A DNA stretch of 64,000 nt from Bacteroidales bacterium (GTDB lineage Bacteria; Bacteroidota; Bacteroidia; Bacteroidales; CAIWKO01), in assembly GCA_035389045.1 (NCBI GenBank), contig DAOORA010000009.1, positions 1-64,000 on the forward strand, written 5' to 3'. This document shows positions 27,641 to 38,286 of the stretch, piece by piece; the stretch's first letter is position 1; every line of letters starts with the position of its first letter. Made by a program: the position numbers and the translations under genes. The notes under the pieces were generated by a model. It was not told the DNA's origin, ran no database searches, and worked only from the letters and a program-made list of their open reading frames with translations.

Positions 27641-29043
27641 GATAGCGCATGTTTGATTATATTAATATTTTCTTCAGTAAGGAAGTTTTCATTATTGAAA
27701 GAATTCTTCCAATCAATACAGTATATTTCGTTTAAATTATTACTTGCCTGTTTTTCTGAATATGCTTTCAATAGAAATGGCAATTCACCCTCATATTTTT
27801 TAATTGAAATCGATAATGCCATATTAATTTCACTAATCGTACCAATACATTCGAAGGGTTTAACTTTATCCTCCCCTGTAAGTTTTTTAAAATATGACAA
27901 TAATGACGGCTTATCAAGCAAATTCTCCCCAAATATCTCCGTGAGTTTTTCCAACTTTATAAAGGGCGAAAGTATTATAAATGCAAAAAGGCATTTAGGA
28001 CAGGTACAGCACCAAATATCAGTTTTACTTCCTGCATTGCAACTTTTAAAGACATCAAAATATTGTGGATACTTTGAAAAAATATAAGCTATCTGAATTT
28101 CGTGCAAAGGCCTAAGAAAGCTATAGTAATTTATATCTTCGCTGATGAATGTTCCTACATAATCTCTGAAGTCTCTTTCAAACTCATAACTTTTAGAATA
28201 TTGATGATTAACTTTTTGTCCCAATACTGTAGCTTCATTTGCACTGGCTTCGTTGGACAGAGCGATGTTTCTCTTATTAGACAGCACACTGGCTAATAGA
28301 CTTAAAAAGGCCAGCAATGCAGAAAATGGAGTATGCCCATTCAGATAACCCTGATCATTTAGTTCAAGCAATAAGGGATCTATTGTGCGGAAAATTTCAA
28401 TACTGTCTTTTGTCAAAATACCTGCAGTCTGAATACATTGCGAAGTTGCTTGACGAGGATTAATAACGAGTGGAGTCACCGCATATTTTTCTTTCAACAG
28501 TTCAAGTGTTACTACCGAATCTTTTCCACCTCCGACAGGCACAATAACTGACTCCTCAAGAGATAAATCGGCTTTTGAAAGCATTGAGTCACTTTCGCTT
28601 ATGATATTCAAAAAAGTATCAGAGTCTGTATCAATTCCATTCAGATAAAAAAACTCGCCCAAGCCCAAAAAATAAAGCTTTTTCCACCATTTTACCTGAG
28701 CTTCTTCCAATTTATAAGGTTTTATAATCACTGTTGGCGGGCATGTGGCTTTCCAGTAACTAATTAATTCAATCAAACCAATATGAAATACAATATTTTC
28801 TATAGCCGCTTTCGGAACATTTTTAAAATCAAACAAATCCGTCCGTGGAATATGGATCATTGGTGTAAAAATGAATTTGCCGGCCATATTGAAATAATAT
28901 TTCAAATCTAAGGAATCACTTAAAAAAGAATATTCATATCTCTCATAAATAAAATATGAAAACTCCTGGCGAAATTCATTGAATTTTCTATTATTGTCAG
29001 CAAGACACATAGTATTGGTACTATTTTTGAGTAATAATGACAA
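27634..29043 (-). CDS. murL: UDP-MurNAc-L-Ala-L-Glu epimerase MurL
   Basis: PP-loop VGGGKDS, YLNGHTPFSA, SNEASANE, VNHQYSKS, WCCTCPKC, KPFECIG; directly upstream of murD; start codon uncertain. Confidence 0.82.
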   Translation of the reverse strand: MSLLLKNSTNTMCLADNNRKFNEFRQEFSYFIYERYEYSFLSDSLDLKYYFNMAGKFIFTPMIHIPRTDLFDFKNVPKAAIENIVFHIGLIELISYWKATCPPTVIIKPYKLEEAQVKWWKKLYFLGLGEFFYLNGIDTDSDTFLNIISESDSMLSKADLSLEESVIVPVGGGKDSVVTLELLKEKYAVTPLVINPRQATSQCIQTAGILTKDSIEIFRTIDPLLLELNDQGYLNGHTPFSALLAFLSLLASVLSNKRNIALSNEASANEATVLGQKVNHQYSKSYEFERDFRDYVGTFISEDINYYSFLRPLHEIQIAYIFSKYPQYFDVFKSCNAGSKTDIWCCTCPKCLFAFIILSPFIKLEKLTEIFGENLLDKPSLLSYFKKLTGEDKVKPFECIGTISEINMALSISIKKYEGELPFLLKAYSEKQASNNLNEIYCIDWKNSFNNENFLTEENINIIKHALSC

Positions 29044-29119
29044 ATTTTATTTACAAAAATAACGTTAATAAATTAAGTATCGTCAGTATTGAATTTAAAA
29101 AATATAAAACACCCGGCAA

Positions 29120-29695
29120 ATGTCACCTTTAGTTAATCCGGCACAAGGCAAGATACTCGTTTCGGAGCCATTCCTCAAAGATTTTTATTTTAAAAGGTCA
29201 ATTGTCCTTCTTGCAGAACATAATGATGATGGAACTTTTGGACTTGTTCTGAATAAACCGACCGAAATAAGGCTCTCTGAAATTATTAATGAAAAATCTT
29301 TCCATATGCCGGAAGATTTTGATAATTATGTATATCTGGGTGGTCCTGTTAAGACTGACAGCCTGTTTTTTATTCACACAAGAAATGATTTGATTAAAGA
29401 CTGTGTTAAAATCATTGATGGACTATTCTGGGGCGGAGATATAAAACATGTGAACAGACTGATTGAATCCAAAGTTCTTTCGAAAAATGATATCCGCTTT
29501 TATTTGGGATATTCAGGCTGGGAGCCCAAACAGCTTGACCGGGAACTTAATGAACATTCATGGGTTGTGGCTAATACAAATGCTGATTTTTTGCTCAAAA
29601 ATCCGCCTGAAACATTATGGAAAAACGCGGTGAAGTTATTAGGAAGGGAATATGCTGACTGGATTAACTACCCTATTGACCCCCAACTCAATTAA
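29120..29695 (+). CDS. YqgE/AlgH (DUF179) family protein
   Basis: FKRSIVLL..H...GTFGLVLNKP, GGPV, RFYLGYSGW..QL..EL...SW. Confidence 0.92.
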   Translation: MSPLVNPAQGKILVSEPFLKDFYFKRSIVLLAEHNDDGTFGLVLNKPTEIRLSEIINEKSFHMPEDFDNYVYLGGPVKTDSLFFIHTRNDLIKDCVKIIDGLFWGGDIKHVNRLIESKVLSKNDIRFYLGYSGWEPKQLDRELNEHSWVVANTNADFLLKNPPETLWKNAVKLLGREYADWINYPIDPQLN

Positions 29696-29740
29696 GGTAC
29701 AAAAAACTATTCCACAATAATACTATCAAAAATTTTATCA

Positions 29741-30169
29741 TTATTTAACATATAATTTCACGGTATGCCATGGATCAATATAAGCATCGCTGTGTTTGGA
29801 CGGCATAAGGTATAACCTGCTGTCTTCTTTCACAACTTTAAATTCCAGCTCATGTATCCAATTTTTGTTTTCACCCCATATTTTGGCCACAACCAACCCA
29901 TCAGAAGCAACATAATATTCAATGCTTGATCCCCACAACGTATAATTGTTCACTTTATATTTCTCGATATTTAGCCCGTTCTTTTTCAAGTATGAAGGAG
30001 AAATGCATTTTTTCATTCCACTTTGATTGGGGATGTTTTGATGATCCATGTACGAAAGAAAAGTAGATACAAATTGCTTTTCAGCGTCGCCGCTTTTAGA
30101 TGTTTTCGAAGTTGTGCAGTTGACAGCAGAGAACAGTATGACAAGACTTATAAGCGAAATTAATCTCAT
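29741..30169 (-). CDS. Hypothetical lipoprotein (possibly NTF2-like)
   Basis: Start re-placed at MRLISL; hydrophobic stretch then AVN-C. Confidence 0.6.
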   Translation of the reverse strand: MRLISLISLVILFSAVNCTTSKTSKSGDAEKQFVSTFLSYMDHQNIPNQSGMKKCISPSYLKKNGLNIEKYKVNNYTLWGSSIEYYVASDGLVVAKIWGENKNWIHELEFKVVKEDSRLYLMPSKHSDAYIDPWHTVKLYVK

Positions 30170-30254
30170 GTTTTTTTTTACGAAATTAAACAGATTTTGA
30201 AAAACAATAAAAAAATCCCATTTTTTTTCATAATTTTGAGATATAAACATCCAA

Positions 30255-32621
30255 ATGTTTTCTGTGAATATCCGGGGAATTCTGCTTATGATCTTTCTTT
30301 TACCTTCCATTTCGGGATTTTCACAGAATTTGTTTCAGACTATCCGTGGAACGGTAATGGACAAAGAAACAAAATTTCCTTTACCCGGAGCGTATGTGAT
30401 ACTAATAGATTCTGATCCGGTGAAAGGAACCTCAACAGATAACAATGGAAAATTCCGATTAGAAAATATTGCCGTAGGCAGACAAAACTTAAAAATTTCA
30501 TTTCTCGGTTATGATGATTTTATTTTTAAAAATATTGAAGTAAGTTCGGCACATGAACTGGTACTAACTATTGAACTCAGCGAAAAAATCTATACCAGCC
30601 GTGAAGTTGTCATTTCTGCAAAAAATGAAAAGCAAAACAACATTAATGAGATGTCTGTTATCAGTACCCGGCAATTTACAGTTGAGGAATCTAACCAATA
30701 TGCCGGTGCCTGGGGTGATATTTCGAGAATGGCATCAAATTTTGCCGGAGTATCGGTGGCGTCAGATGAACGCAATGACATTGTGGTCAGGGGAAATTCA
30801 CCAATGGGGATATTATGGCGGATTGACGGTATCGAAATGCCAAATCCGAATCATTTTGCTGAAGTTGGCAGTTCTGGCGGAGGCATCAGCATGATAAACA
30901 ATAATCTGCTAGATAATTCGGATTTCCTTTCAGGGGCCTTTGCACCGGAATATGGGAATGCCACTTCGGCAGTATTTGATCTGAAATTGCGCAATGGCAA
31001 TAATGAAAAACACGAATACCTGGGACAGATCGGTGCAAGAGGAGTGCAGATAGGAGCTGAAGGGCCTTTTATTAAAGGGAAACAGTCTTCGTATCTGGTT
31101 TTCTACAATTACTCTACAGTAGCATTGTTAAACCTGATAGGAATTAAAATAATCGACGCCGTTCCAAATTTTCAGGATCTCTCCTTCAAATTGAATTTCC
31201 CTTTGAAAAAAGGATATATTTCAGTTCTTGGTGTTGGAGGGTTAAGCAAATCTGTCTACAGGCCTCCTAAAGATTCTACGAAATGGGAAAATGACGGAAG
31301 CCGTCTTGGCGATATTTCCGGTTCCCGTTCTGCATTAGGTTCCTTAACATGGTTTTATCCGGTGGGTAAAAGTTCATATTTTAAAACAATAGTTTCATCC
31401 TCTTATTTTAATCCGGATTATACTGAAGATTCTACAGGAAGTGATTACAACATTTATTTACTTAACAGAAAGTCCACAGTACAGCAAAACAATATTATTT
31501 CTCTCTTGTTCAATAGTAAAATTAATGTAAAACACATCATCAGAACCGGGATTATATTCAAAAATCAGAACTTCACAGACAACACCTATTTTTACACATA
31601 TAATAGCGGGCAAAATAAGCACATCGTGAATGACAACAAAGGCATTCTCAATCTCTTTCAGGCCTATTTTCAATATAAATACATTATTAGCGAAAAATTT
31701 TCATTGACACCCGGATTTCATTCGCTATACCTGTTCAACAACGCGCGATTTAGCTTTGAACCCAGAATTGCCTTTCGATGGGCTATTAGCAGCAATCATT
31801 CATTAACCCTGGGTTTTGGTATTCATGGGCAAACACAACCCTCTCAGATTTATTATTCCGAAGTTCTCATCGGCAATGAAGTCACGTTTCCGAATATCGA
31901 TCTCAATTATACAAAAAGTTATCATGCAGTAATAAGTTACGACTGGCTTATCTCAGAATTCTGGCGATCAAAAATTGAATTATATTTTCAACACCTGAAA
32001 CAAATACCAGTATGTACAGATGAACCCATATTATCACTGGTCAATTTCAGCAATTCTGACAATGTGTTTGCAAACAAGATACTTATAAACAAAGGTAAAG
32101 GTCAAAATTACGGGGTAGAACTTACTTTAGAAAAATTCCTGAGTCATGGTTATTACATTTTACTCACTACTTCTGTTTATAACTCTGAATATTATGATGC
32201 AAACGGGATCAAGAGAAATACAAGGTACAACAGTAATTATGCTTTTAATTTACTGGGCGGAAAAGAATTCAAGATCGGAAAGAAAAAAAACAGCACCATC
32301 GGATTTAGCATGAAGATGGTGGAAATCGGCGGGCAGCGTTACACCCCGCTTGATCTGGAACAATCGATCATACAACAAAGAGCTGTGTATATTGATTCGC
32401 TCGCATATACAAAAAAAACCAAAGATTTTATCAAAATAGATTTCCGCTTACGTTACCGGTTGAATGCCAGGAGATGTTCCCACGAATTTGCATTTGAACT
32501 TGGTAATATATTAAACAGGAAGAATGTTGCTGGCTTACGTTATAATCCGTATACCAATGAGATAGAGAATATTTATGACCTGCCGCTTATACCGCTGGCT
32601 TCGTACAGGATTGAATTTTAA
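30255..32621 (+). CDS. TonB-dependent receptor with N-terminal carboxypeptidase-regulatory-like domain
   Basis: QTIRGTVMDKET..PLPGA; plug NDIVVRGNSP...PNPNHF...GAFAPEYGNA; C-terminal YRIEF. Confidence 0.9.
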   Translation: MFSVNIRGILLMIFLLPSISGFSQNLFQTIRGTVMDKETKFPLPGAYVILIDSDPVKGTSTDNNGKFRLENIAVGRQNLKISFLGYDDFIFKNIEVSSAHELVLTIELSEKIYTSREVVISAKNEKQNNINEMSVISTRQFTVEESNQYAGAWGDISRMASNFAGVSVASDERNDIVVRGNSPMGILWRIDGIEMPNPNHFAEVGSSGGGISMINNNLLDNSDFLSGAFAPEYGNATSAVFDLKLRNGNNEKHEYLGQIGARGVQIGAEGPFIKGKQSSYLVFYNYSTVALLNLIGIKIIDAVPNFQDLSFKLNFPLKKGYISVLGVGGLSKSVYRPPKDSTKWENDGSRLGDISGSRSALGSLTWFYPVGKSSYFKTIVSSSYFNPDYTEDSTGSDYNIYLLNRKSTVQQNNIISLLFNSKINVKHIIRTGIIFKNQNFTDNTYFYTYNSGQNKHIVNDNKGILNLFQAYFQYKYIISEKFSLTPGFHSLYLFNNARFSFEPRIAFRWAISSNHSLTLGFGIHGQTQPSQIYYSEVLIGNEVTFPNIDLNYTKSYHAVISYDWLISEFWRSKIELYFQHLKQIPVCTDEPILSLVNFSNSDNVFANKILINKGKGQNYGVELTLEKFLSHGYYILLTTSVYNSEYYDANGIKRNTRYNSNYAFNLLGGKEFKIGKKKNSTIGFSMKMVEIGGQRYTPLDLEQSIIQQRAVYIDSLAYTKKTKDFIKIDFRLRYRLNARRCSHEFAFELGNILNRKNVAGLRYNPYTNEIENIYDLPLIPLASYRIEF

Positions 32622-32622
32622 G

Positions 32623-32681
32623 GGAAGTAGTCGGAAGTCGGAAGTCGGAAGCCGGAAGCCGGAAATTGGAAGTCAGAAGTC
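32623..32681. repeat. Heptamer tandem repeat (GGAAGTC/GGAAGCC) x7-8
   Basis: ggaagtc ggaagtc ggaagcc ggaagcc ggaaatt ggaagtc agaagtc between convergent genes. Confidence 0.9.
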
Positions 32682-32691
32682 GGGACCCCTT

Positions 32692-33993
32692 TTAGTAATT
32701 AACAACATTATCAAATATAGCGGCCAGCTTTTTGGTTAGATTTCTACGGGTATATTCCGCAATTTTGCTTTTATCTGCAGATGAACTGGTTTTATTGTTT
32801 TTCCAGTTTTCAAAACATTCAAGTATAAAACCTGCTGCATTTATACTGTCGGCATAATCAAACATCTGCCCTGCCCCTGCCCCCAGCATGATGCTGGCAG
32901 CATCGCCATTCACCGGGCCAAAAGCAACAAGCGGACGTGCAGCACCCATATAGTCGAACAGTTTGCTGGTTATTATACATTTGTTATCATCAGTTTTAGG
33001 TACAATCAGCAGCAAAAGCTCGGAAGCGGCAATACCATTAAGAGATTCGACATAATACGTATAGGGCGAAAATTTCGTATGAGCTTTATATGAAGAGGAA
33101 TTAACAAGTTCTGTAAGATATGATGGAAAATTACCAAGGAAAAGCAACTCAGAATTCTCATAAAATTCTTTATTATGTTTCAGCAGTTCAATGGCATTAA
33201 AAAAGCAGACAGGATCCTGCTCTTTACTCAGACTGCCGGCATAGGTAATTCTGAATTTAGGATTCGGTTTATATTCCAAATGGCTAAAATACTTATCATC
33301 GTATCCATTAGTAATCAAATGAATTTTTTTGCTTGTTTTGCGCTGTAATATCTCAACCAGCGAGGGGCCTACAGTAATTACCGTATCCATGTCGGCTATC
33401 GTTTTGTGTTCAATCCGTTTATCAATATTGTGAATACACTTCCAGCGTATCGAATTATTCAACAGCCAGAAAACATCGGTCCAGGGATCTCGAAAGTCAG
33501 CAACCCAGGGCAGTCCGGTTTTTTGAGCTGCCTTACGTGCAATAATATGGTTGGTTTGAGGTGGCGACGAACTAAAGATCAGGTCGATTTTTTCTTCTTT
33601 AATTATCTTGACAGCTTTGCCGACAGTAGAGAAATACCAGGGGAACCGCGTATCGGGAATGAAGTTGTATTTTACCCATCGTGATAATTTGTCCATAAAA
33701 GAACTCTTTGATGCATCAGTAAAGCCATACGGCACAAAATTCTTTTTTGATTTTGGCGATACCTTGCTGAATATCTTGTGAAGACTGAGTCCCTTTGAAC
33801 GATAGATTTTTGTTTCAGACCTTACTTCGTGTAGCAAACTGGCATCCTCAAAAGGAAAGTCCCCCCCCTCTGTGGTTAGAATTACAGGCTCCCAGCCAAA
33901 TTCAGGAAGATACTGATAGAACTTCAATATCCTGTTGATAGGCGCTCCGCCGGCAGGCGGCCAATAATATGTAATAAAGAGGACTTTTTTCAT
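32692..33993 (-). CDS. GT4 (GT-B) glycosyltransferase
   Basis: KVLFITYYWPPAGG, SSPP, VADFRDPW, ITNGYD, YAGSL, SKLFDYM. Confidence 0.88.
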   Translation of the reverse strand: MKKVLFITYYWPPAGGAPINRILKFYQYLPEFGWEPVILTTEGGDFPFEDASLLHEVRSETKIYRSKGLSLHKIFSKVSPKSKKNFVPYGFTDASKSSFMDKLSRWVKYNFIPDTRFPWYFSTVGKAVKIIKEEKIDLIFSSSPPQTNHIIARKAAQKTGLPWVADFRDPWTDVFWLLNNSIRWKCIHNIDKRIEHKTIADMDTVITVGPSLVEILQRKTSKKIHLITNGYDDKYFSHLEYKPNPKFRITYAGSLSKEQDPVCFFNAIELLKHNKEFYENSELLFLGNFPSYLTELVNSSSYKAHTKFSPYTYYVESLNGIAASELLLLIVPKTDDNKCIITSKLFDYMGAARPLVAFGPVNGDAASIMLGAGAGQMFDYADSINAAGFILECFENWKNNKTSSSADKSKIAEYTRRNLTKKLAAIFDNVVNY

Positions 33994-34154
33994 ATGAATT
34001 CAGATTTATGAAGCAGAATTATGAAGTCAGAATTAGATTATAAGCTTATATAAATTATACAAAGTCAATATTTTAGCATCCTAACTATTTTTTTGTACTT
34101 TTATGTTAAAATAGAATTTGCCATAAAAGATAAAATTTAAATTTACTTCCGAAT

Positions 34155-35375
34155 TTATTTTGACTTCTTACTTCTGAATTCTGACTTTAACATTGGTTCA
34201 GATATTAATAACATACTCAATCCCCGGCTCATCCATCCGCACGACCAACGCATCAGTGTGAAGGGCTTGCGGAATAAAGAGGTTTTCTGATAATAAAAAA
34301 ATCCTTTTTTCTGGTTCTGCATATTATCAATTGCCCAATTCGCAATCTTTTCGGCAAGATCAAGATATGTTTTATCAAAACGGGAAGCCTTAACAAAAGA
34401 GATAATACCCTGAGCCGAACCATGCACATCAAATGGATATGTCTTATCATTAGCCCATTTTGGAGCACCGTCAGGTAAAAACAAATTCTCCTTATAATAC
34501 TCCACACCTTTCAGGTATTGGCTCATAAATGACTGATCGCCGGTGTGATCCATATAATCGAGGATCGCATCCACAATATATCCCGTGTGGTAATTATCGT
34601 GCTTGCGCGGATGATCAACGGCGGGATGTGTATAATACCATGCCCCGTAATCTGTTTGCTTGTCAACCACAAAGTTTACCAGTTTTCGGGCTTCTTTTGC
34701 CAGTTGTTCATCTTTTACATATTTATTTACACGCGCCACGACAGAACCGGTAAGAATGCTTACATCCATGACGATCCAGTTGATCTTTTCAGAAGGCACA
34801 TAGCTCATGCATTTCATGGAATCATCCTCAAACAATACTTTTGGAGCTTTCAACAGAAAAGTAAGCGCACTTTTTGAAGCTTCCAGATACTTTTCGTTTT
34901 TGGTGATTTCATAGGCATCCATCATCGCTGTCGTAACAAAATATGTAACCACACGGTTAGGCAGATATGCAGGAGCAAAAAAGCCCACATCCTGCCAGGG
35001 ATGCTGGTACCCCCAACACATTCCCCACTCAGTTTTTGAGGGATTTTGCAGAAGCCAGTCGAGCAAGGTTTCAGCCTGAGCAAGATCTTTGACTTCTCCA
35101 TGCGCCTGATAACGATTCATGTAAGCCATGGCAAACAAAGCTATCCCTTTGGGATTACGGGTTTGGGGAACAAAAAACAATGGCCGGATATTTACAGGAA
35201 AACGCATCACTATCTGGCTGTACAGCAAACGCAGAAACTTATTACCAAACGAAAAAAACCACAAAAACCTGCTGTCTAACGCGTCATATTTATTATAGCC
35301 TTTGTAGTCATTTTTTTCAGCATAAGAAAGGACTTTATGCAGTGATTGTTCAATCTTTCCGATATTTTGTACCAT
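34155..35375 (-). CDS. (alpha/alpha)6 toroid-type protein of polysaccharide loci, function unknown
   Basis: GYNKYDAL, NPKGIALF, WGY.HPWQ, DNYHTGY, FYYQK, MRW motifs; start MVQNI preferred because the -7 box overlaps the upstream TTG. Confidence 0.6.
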   Translation of the reverse strand: MVQNIGKIEQSLHKVLSYAEKNDYKGYNKYDALDSRFLWFFSFGNKFLRLLYSQIVMRFPVNIRPLFFVPQTRNPKGIALFAMAYMNRYQAHGEVKDLAQAETLLDWLLQNPSKTEWGMCWGYQHPWQDVGFFAPAYLPNRVVTYFVTTAMMDAYEITKNEKYLEASKSALTFLLKAPKVLFEDDSMKCMSYVPSEKINWIVMDVSILTGSVVARVNKYVKDEQLAKEARKLVNFVVDKQTDYGAWYYTHPAVDHPRKHDNYHTGYIVDAILDYMDHTGDQSFMSQYLKGVEYYKENLFLPDGAPKWANDKTYPFDVHGSAQGIISFVKASRFDKTYLDLAEKIANWAIDNMQNQKKGFFYYQKTSLFRKPFTLMRWSCGWMSRGLSMLLISEPMLKSEFRSKKSK

Positions 35376-35686
35376 CTGATAAAATTTGGACAAAAATAAT
35401 AATAATGTTTTTAGCAGTCATGTATTTTGGCCATGGGATACATGAATTCAGGAATTAAAAATCATTACTTCGTAAGTTATCACACAATTTACCAGCTACC
35501 CATTTCCAAAAGAAAACTACAACACCAATAATTACGCATAATACATTTATAATCAAATCATTGATTATTTTAATTATTTTTTTATGGAAAATTGAAATAT
35601 AAACATCAATAAACACGACTGAAAAAAATCAAAAAAAATAAAACTTAAAACATCATTATGTATTCACAAAATCAAAAAACAGAATC

Positions 35687-38092
35687 ATGAAAACATTAAA
35701 ATTATCCGGCCACAGTGTATTAGCAGGAACCCTCCTGCTTATGCTCGTCTTTGCAAGTCTGCTGACCATGACCATCCAAAAGAGTTACAGCACAAAAAAC
35801 TATGCTGCTTTAGTGAACCAGCAATCCTTGATTGTTAAACAAATAACTGATGGTGATGATGAAGACAAAACCCTGTCTCCTTACTTTTTTATTAAAAGTG
35901 AAAACAGCGAAACCGAACAATTACCACTTAAGGGGACATCTGCCGACGTGAATATTGCCGGAGTAATCGCTGATGTAAGCGTAAAGCAGATTTATGTAAA
36001 TACCGGAAAAAGTGTTATTGAAGCTATTTACATTTTTCCGGCATCCACACGTGCTGCGGTTTACAGCATGAAAATGAAAGTTGGTGATCGTCTGATTACT
36101 GCAAAAATACAGGAAAAAGAAAAAGCCAGGCAGGATTACCAACAGGCTATAAATGAGGGCAGAAGCGCTTCTCTGCTGGAACAGCAACGTCCTAATGTTT
36201 TTCAGATGAATGTCGGCAACATCCTGCCCGGTGACACTATCAGCATAGAAATGTGTTATACCGAACTATTAATTCCAGAACAGGGTGTTTATGAATTTGT
36301 ATATCCCACAGTTGTTGGGCCACGTTATTCAAACAAATCTGATGAACTGGCCTCTGCCAATGACAAATGGGTGTCAAATCCATATTCACATTCGGGTGAA
36401 AAGCCGGTATATACTTTTAATATCGGTATAAACCTTGCTGCAGGTATGCCGATCAAAGATGTGCGTTGCCCATCGCATGAGATGACGATAAATTATGAAA
36501 ACCCCGCAAGTGCCAGCCTCAGACTCAAAAACACCGAGATGTTTGAAGGAAATCGTGATGTTATCATCCAATACCGTCTTGCAGACCAGAAAATAGAATC
36601 GGGATTGCTTCTCTACAAAGGAGAAAGCCCTTCTGAAAATTTTTTCCTTGCCATGGTTCAGCCACCACCCAAGCCCACGGTTGACCAGGTGCCTCCAAGA
36701 GAATATATTTTTATCATGGACGTTTCGGGTTCTATGAACGGCTATCCTATTGAAACCTCAAAAAAAGTGCTGAAAAACCTTATAAAAAACATCCGCACAA
36801 CAGATAAATTCAATGTTTTGCTGTTTGCCGGATGTGCCAATATGTTCATGCCTCAGTCGGTGTACGCTACGGATGAAAACCTTAATAAAGCCCTTCAGAT
36901 GATTGATCAGCAGCAGGGTTCCGGTGGAACTGAACTATTGACGGCATTGAAAAAAGCATTGTCGGTTGAAAAACAATCCGGATTTTCGCGAACCTTTGTA
37001 ATCGCAACAGATGGTTACGTCGACGTTGAAAAAGAATCATTTGAACTGATACAAAACAATCTGAACAAAGCAAATTTCTTTGCCTTTGGCATTGGCTCCT
37101 CGGTAAACCGTTTTCTCATCGAAGGTATTGCTCATGCCGGTATGGGAGAATCATTCATTGTAACCAAACAGGAAGAAGCCGATGAAAAAGCAGAACGTTT
37201 CAGGAATTATATACAAAGTCCTGTTCTCACTGATATTAAAGTAAGCTATGAAGGATTTGAGGTTTATGATATCGAGCCATCCAATGTACCTGATGTACTG
37301 GCCGAACGTCCTGTTATCATTTTCGGCAAATGGAAAGGTAATCCTGATGGGACAATAAAAATATCTGGTAAAAGCGGAAAGGATAATTTTGTCTGCACGC
37401 TCGATGTAAGTAAATCGGATGCCAGCAAAGCCAATGTTGCGCTGAAATATTTATGGGCACGGCAGAAGATCAGGATGCTTGACGATTTTAACAATGCAGC
37501 CGGCGACTCCAAACTTACAGAACAGATTACCGGATTAGGATTAAAATATAACTTGTTGACAAATTACACCTCTTTCGTTGCCATCGACTCCGTGGTCCGG
37601 AATAATGGCGGAAAACAGGTCAGTATAAAACAACCATTACCCCTGCCCGAAAACGTGAGTGATTATGCTGTCGGGGGTGGTTATGGAGGCCCCGCCGGAT
37701 CTAGTGCTTGTAAAACGAGATCATTTCATAGCCCTACCAAAACTTTAGAAAAAGAAAACAAAATAGATAAGGCATCAGATTCGGGTGTTTTAAATGCAAG
37801 TGAAGAGATGCCGGAATATATTGGTGGTCAGAAAGCCCTGGATGCCTTTATTAAAATGAATCTTATATACCCTGCTTCAGCCAAAGTGAAAGGCATTTCG
37901 GGTACTGTCTATGTTGAATTTACCGTGAAAATGGATGGAAGTATAGAAAATATTAATCTGATCCGTGGGATCGGAGGAGGCTGTGACGAAGAAGCAGTAA
38001 GGATTGTGAAACTGATGAATAAAAAATGGAAACCAGGCAAGAAAAACGGAAAAGTTACTGCAATGAAAATAACACTGCCTATTAATTTTTAA
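35687..38092 (+). CDS. VIT + vWA domain protein fused to a TonB C-terminal domain
   Basis: VIT (IEAIYIFP..AAV..M...ASLLEQQRPNVFQMNVGNI); vWA MIDAS DVSGSM/GGTEL/TDG; TonB-C MPEYIGG..YPA.A...GISGTVYVEFTV..DG...DEEAVR...WKPG. Confidence 0.85.
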   Translation: MKTLKLSGHSVLAGTLLLMLVFASLLTMTIQKSYSTKNYAALVNQQSLIVKQITDGDDEDKTLSPYFFIKSENSETEQLPLKGTSADVNIAGVIADVSVKQIYVNTGKSVIEAIYIFPASTRAAVYSMKMKVGDRLITAKIQEKEKARQDYQQAINEGRSASLLEQQRPNVFQMNVGNILPGDTISIEMCYTELLIPEQGVYEFVYPTVVGPRYSNKSDELASANDKWVSNPYSHSGEKPVYTFNIGINLAAGMPIKDVRCPSHEMTINYENPASASLRLKNTEMFEGNRDVIIQYRLADQKIESGLLLYKGESPSENFFLAMVQPPPKPTVDQVPPREYIFIMDVSGSMNGYPIETSKKVLKNLIKNIRTTDKFNVLLFAGCANMFMPQSVYATDENLNKALQMIDQQQGSGGTELLTALKKALSVEKQSGFSRTFVIATDGYVDVEKESFELIQNNLNKANFFAFGIGSSVNRFLIEGIAHAGMGESFIVTKQEEADEKAERFRNYIQSPVLTDIKVSYEGFEVYDIEPSNVPDVLAERPVIIFGKWKGNPDGTIKISGKSGKDNFVCTLDVSKSDASKANVALKYLWARQKIRMLDDFNNAAGDSKLTEQITGLGLKYNLLTNYTSFVAIDSVVRNNGGKQVSIKQPLPLPENVSDYAVGGGYGGPAGSSACKTRSFHSPTKTLEKENKIDKASDSGVLNASEEMPEYIGGQKALDAFIKMNLIYPASAKVKGISGTVYVEFTVKMDGSIENINLIRGIGGGCDEEAVRIVKLMNKKWKPGKKNGKVTAMKITLPINF

Positions 38093-38128
38093 ACAAAAAG
38101 GAATTATCAACTTTGTATCATCTTAAAG

Positions 38129-38153
38129 AAAGCCGGTATTTGCCGGCTTTTTT
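38129..38153 (+). terminator. Intrinsic terminator
   Basis: AAAGCCGG-loop-CCGGCTTTTTT. Confidence 0.8.
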
Positions 38154-38262
38154 CAATTTATTTCAAATACATGGAATTGAAAATATCTAATAAAACATCT
38201 GTAATTTCCAACATAAACCATAGTATTTGGCAATAACAAACTTAGTTTTCTTATAATAGTTT

Positions 38263-38270
38263 TATCTTTG
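38263..38270 (+). promoter_or_regulatory. -7 promoter box for asnB-GT2
   Basis: TATCTTTG. Confidence 0.65.
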
Positions 38271-38286
38271 CCATTAAATTATTATT

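Noticed and set aside
20900..29100. Very AT-rich stretch as a horizontally acquired island
   Set aside because: It contains core genes (ribH, fmt, HU, THX) with native promoters and no mobility genes; composition was judged only by eye.
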